Positions 34,278 to 34,496 of a stretch of 34,496 nucleotides of DNA are shown here, in pieces. This DNA is from Candidatus Micrarchaeota archaeon (GTDB lineage: Archaea > Micrarchaeota > Micrarchaeia > Micrarchaeales > Micrarchaeaceae): assembly GCA_021792115.1 (NCBI GenBank), contig JAJYVI010000001.1:1-34496 (forward strand), read 5' to 3'. Position 1 is the first letter of the stretch. The number at the start of each line of letters is the position of its first letter. The translations under genes were made by a program, and so were the position numbers. The notes beneath the pieces are model-generated. The model was not told the DNA's origin. It saw only the letters and a list, made by a program, of their open reading frames with translations, and ran no database searches.

Positions 34278-34496
34278 CTTAACACCAAATATTATTATAG
34301 CAAACAATTAGAAATAAGTATCTGATATTTGCAAAATAAGGGAAGTCTAAATCTGATTTGCATTAGAAAATACCTTGGCAATAGATGCAAATTTCAAACT
34401 GCAAAAATATTATTTAATGAATATTAATAAAAATATTGCTGTGCCAATAATTTATCATTAAAGCTTTATTTTTAATATTTTAAGTATAAATGCTGA

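Overview
This is an AT-rich archaeal window, most likely from a Micrarchaeota (ARMAN-like DPANN acidophile). The main evidence is a ~390-aa three-unit (epsilon2-type) tRNA splicing endonuclease. Most of the window is housekeeping: S13-S4-S11, radA, hjc, cgi121, ilvE, dph5-endA, archease, L7Ae-S28e-L24e, gatC-gatA-gatB with a bacterial-type aspS, a rearranged L1-L10-L12-L30e-S12-S7-EF2 cluster, a HAD hydrolase, mevalonate kinase and an F420:NADP oxidoreductase-like protein. There are three accessory elements. (i) An exosortase/archaeosortase-family transpeptidase lies convergent with an 1106-aa Ig/PKD-repeat surface protein that has no known sorting motif, next to an orphan IS200/IS605 right end; this is a candidate new dedicated sorting system. 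(ii) Three small, apparently paralogous TPR-like proteins sit behind a palindromic operator-like site. (iii) There is a secreted G1 glutamic peptidase. The translation apparatus has unusual features: an EF-2 with His/Arg at the usual P-loop Asp and switch-I Gly, a uS12 lacking the conserved Arg/Asp decoding-loop residues, an ATA start for uS4, a tail-less P0 and an acidic-tailed L30e. Autoregulatory RNA motifs are visible in the L7Ae leader (k-turn) and the L1 leader (L1-binding site). I recognised no tRNA, rRNA or CRISPR array. All calls come from motif recognition by eye, without database searches.
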